A stretch of 25,896 nucleotides of DNA from a virus. Lineage: Duplodnaviria > Caudoviricetes. Below, in pieces: positions 25,281-25,896 of this stretch. The position numbers were made by a program, and so were the translations under genes. Below the pieces are notes generated by a model. That model was not told where the DNA came from. It saw nothing but the letters and a program-made list of their open reading frames with translations, and did no database searches. Location of the stretch: positions 1 through 25,896 of the IMG/VR virus record IMGVR_UViG_3300017761_007566; one strand, given 5' to 3'. Position 1 is the stretch's first letter; the number at the start of each line of letters is the position of its first letter.

Positions 25281-25896
25281 ATGCCAGAAACTAACGGAGA
25301 TATTTGGAAATTTACAGACAATCCTATCGATTACGAGGGTAGTGGCAACACAGCTCCCCCAATTTTGGTTGGATCGGGTTTTTCTACAAGTGCACCCGGA
25401 TCTCCTGGATTGATAAAAAGCATAGGCGTGGGTGGATCTAAATTTCCTGTAGATGTTGTTAATGGATTTTATTGGACACACACACCTTTGACAAAACGAG
25501 AAGAGGTGCCGTTTATTTATTTGAGTGAAAAGAGATTAAAAACAAATGCTCTGATAGCTCAAGCAGCATATAATATAATGACAGCTGGTGCTTTAGGACA
25601 ACGAGGAGTGGGTATATTTGATAAAGTCGCAAATACAAATTTAACAGAACAAATACAAAAATTAAGAAATTTTTTACAAGCGGCAGGAAATTCTAGTAAA
25701 TTGGGAAGCACATTAGGAGGTCTTATGGCGGGTATAAATGAGGTTTTTTCAAACGATCCTTTCAGTTTGCCTCGTACACAAGGAGCCAAGAATGTTTTGG
25801 GTGTTTACCAAGGTCTTTATGTCACCGAACCCACTGGATGGGAATACACCCTTCCATATTTTGAAGATTATCAAAATGGTGTTAGTAACAATTTCA
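25281..25896 (+). CDS. Baseplate/tail-associated protein (possibly gp48-like), 3'-truncated
   Basis: GAGGA SD at 25271-75, then ATG 25281 (MPETNGDIWKF...). The frame stays open to the window end and is absent from the ORF track because it lacks a stop. The function is assigned from gene position only. Confidence 0.55.
   Translation, partial: MPETNGDIWKFTDNPIDYEGSGNTAPPILVGSGFSTSAPGSPGLIKSIGVGGSKFPVDVVNGFYWTHTPLTKREEVPFIYLSEKRLKTNALIAQAAYNIMTAGALGQRGVGIFDKVANTNLTEQIQKLRNFLQAAGNSSKLGSTLGGLMAGINEVFSNDPFSLPRTQGAKNVLGVYQGLYVTEPTGWEYTLPYFEDYQNGVSNNF

Noticed and set aside
965-25789. Numerous 60-170-aa overlapping or antisense ORFs in the track (e.g. 8008..8520, 13931..14245, 17534..17932, 25257..25481, 25559..25789)
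   Set aside because: They are nested in or opposite well-supported genes and have no recognisable motifs or promoter/RBS support.
1-25896. Stop-codon reassignment (alternative genetic code)
   Set aside because: Core genes are full length in code 11, coding density is high, and TAA, TGA and TAG all end genes at sensible positions.

Overview
The window is a segment of a large, AT-rich T4-like (myovirus) phage genome read in the standard genetic code. From left to right it contains: three tandem beta-propeller (PNGKIY-repeat) putative receptor-binding/fibre paralogues plus a tail-fibre assembly chaperone; a convergent four-gene glycosyltransferase/methyltransferase operon; a gp61-like primase; small hypothetical genes; a minus-strand block (two charged, candidate prohead/internal proteins, an intrinsic terminator, a Pol-beta-type nucleotidyltransferase and a gp14-like neck protein); and a plus-strand morphogenesis block (large terminase, gp3-like tube terminator, tail sheath, Dps/ferritin-like protein, tail tube, gp54-like tube initiator, two gp26-like hub proteins, a tape-measure-like protein and a truncated baseplate gene). 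The most notable signals are regulatory. Fourteen genes have a T4-late-type TAAATA box (one is the variant TAACTA) only 5-8 nt before the start codon and no obvious Shine-Dalgarno, which suggests largely leaderless late mRNAs. One gene (gp54-like) instead appears to start at AUU behind a GGAGG that is held in a hairpin and would be freed only in transcripts from its own promoter. All family assignments come from motif recognition by eye; no database searches were run.
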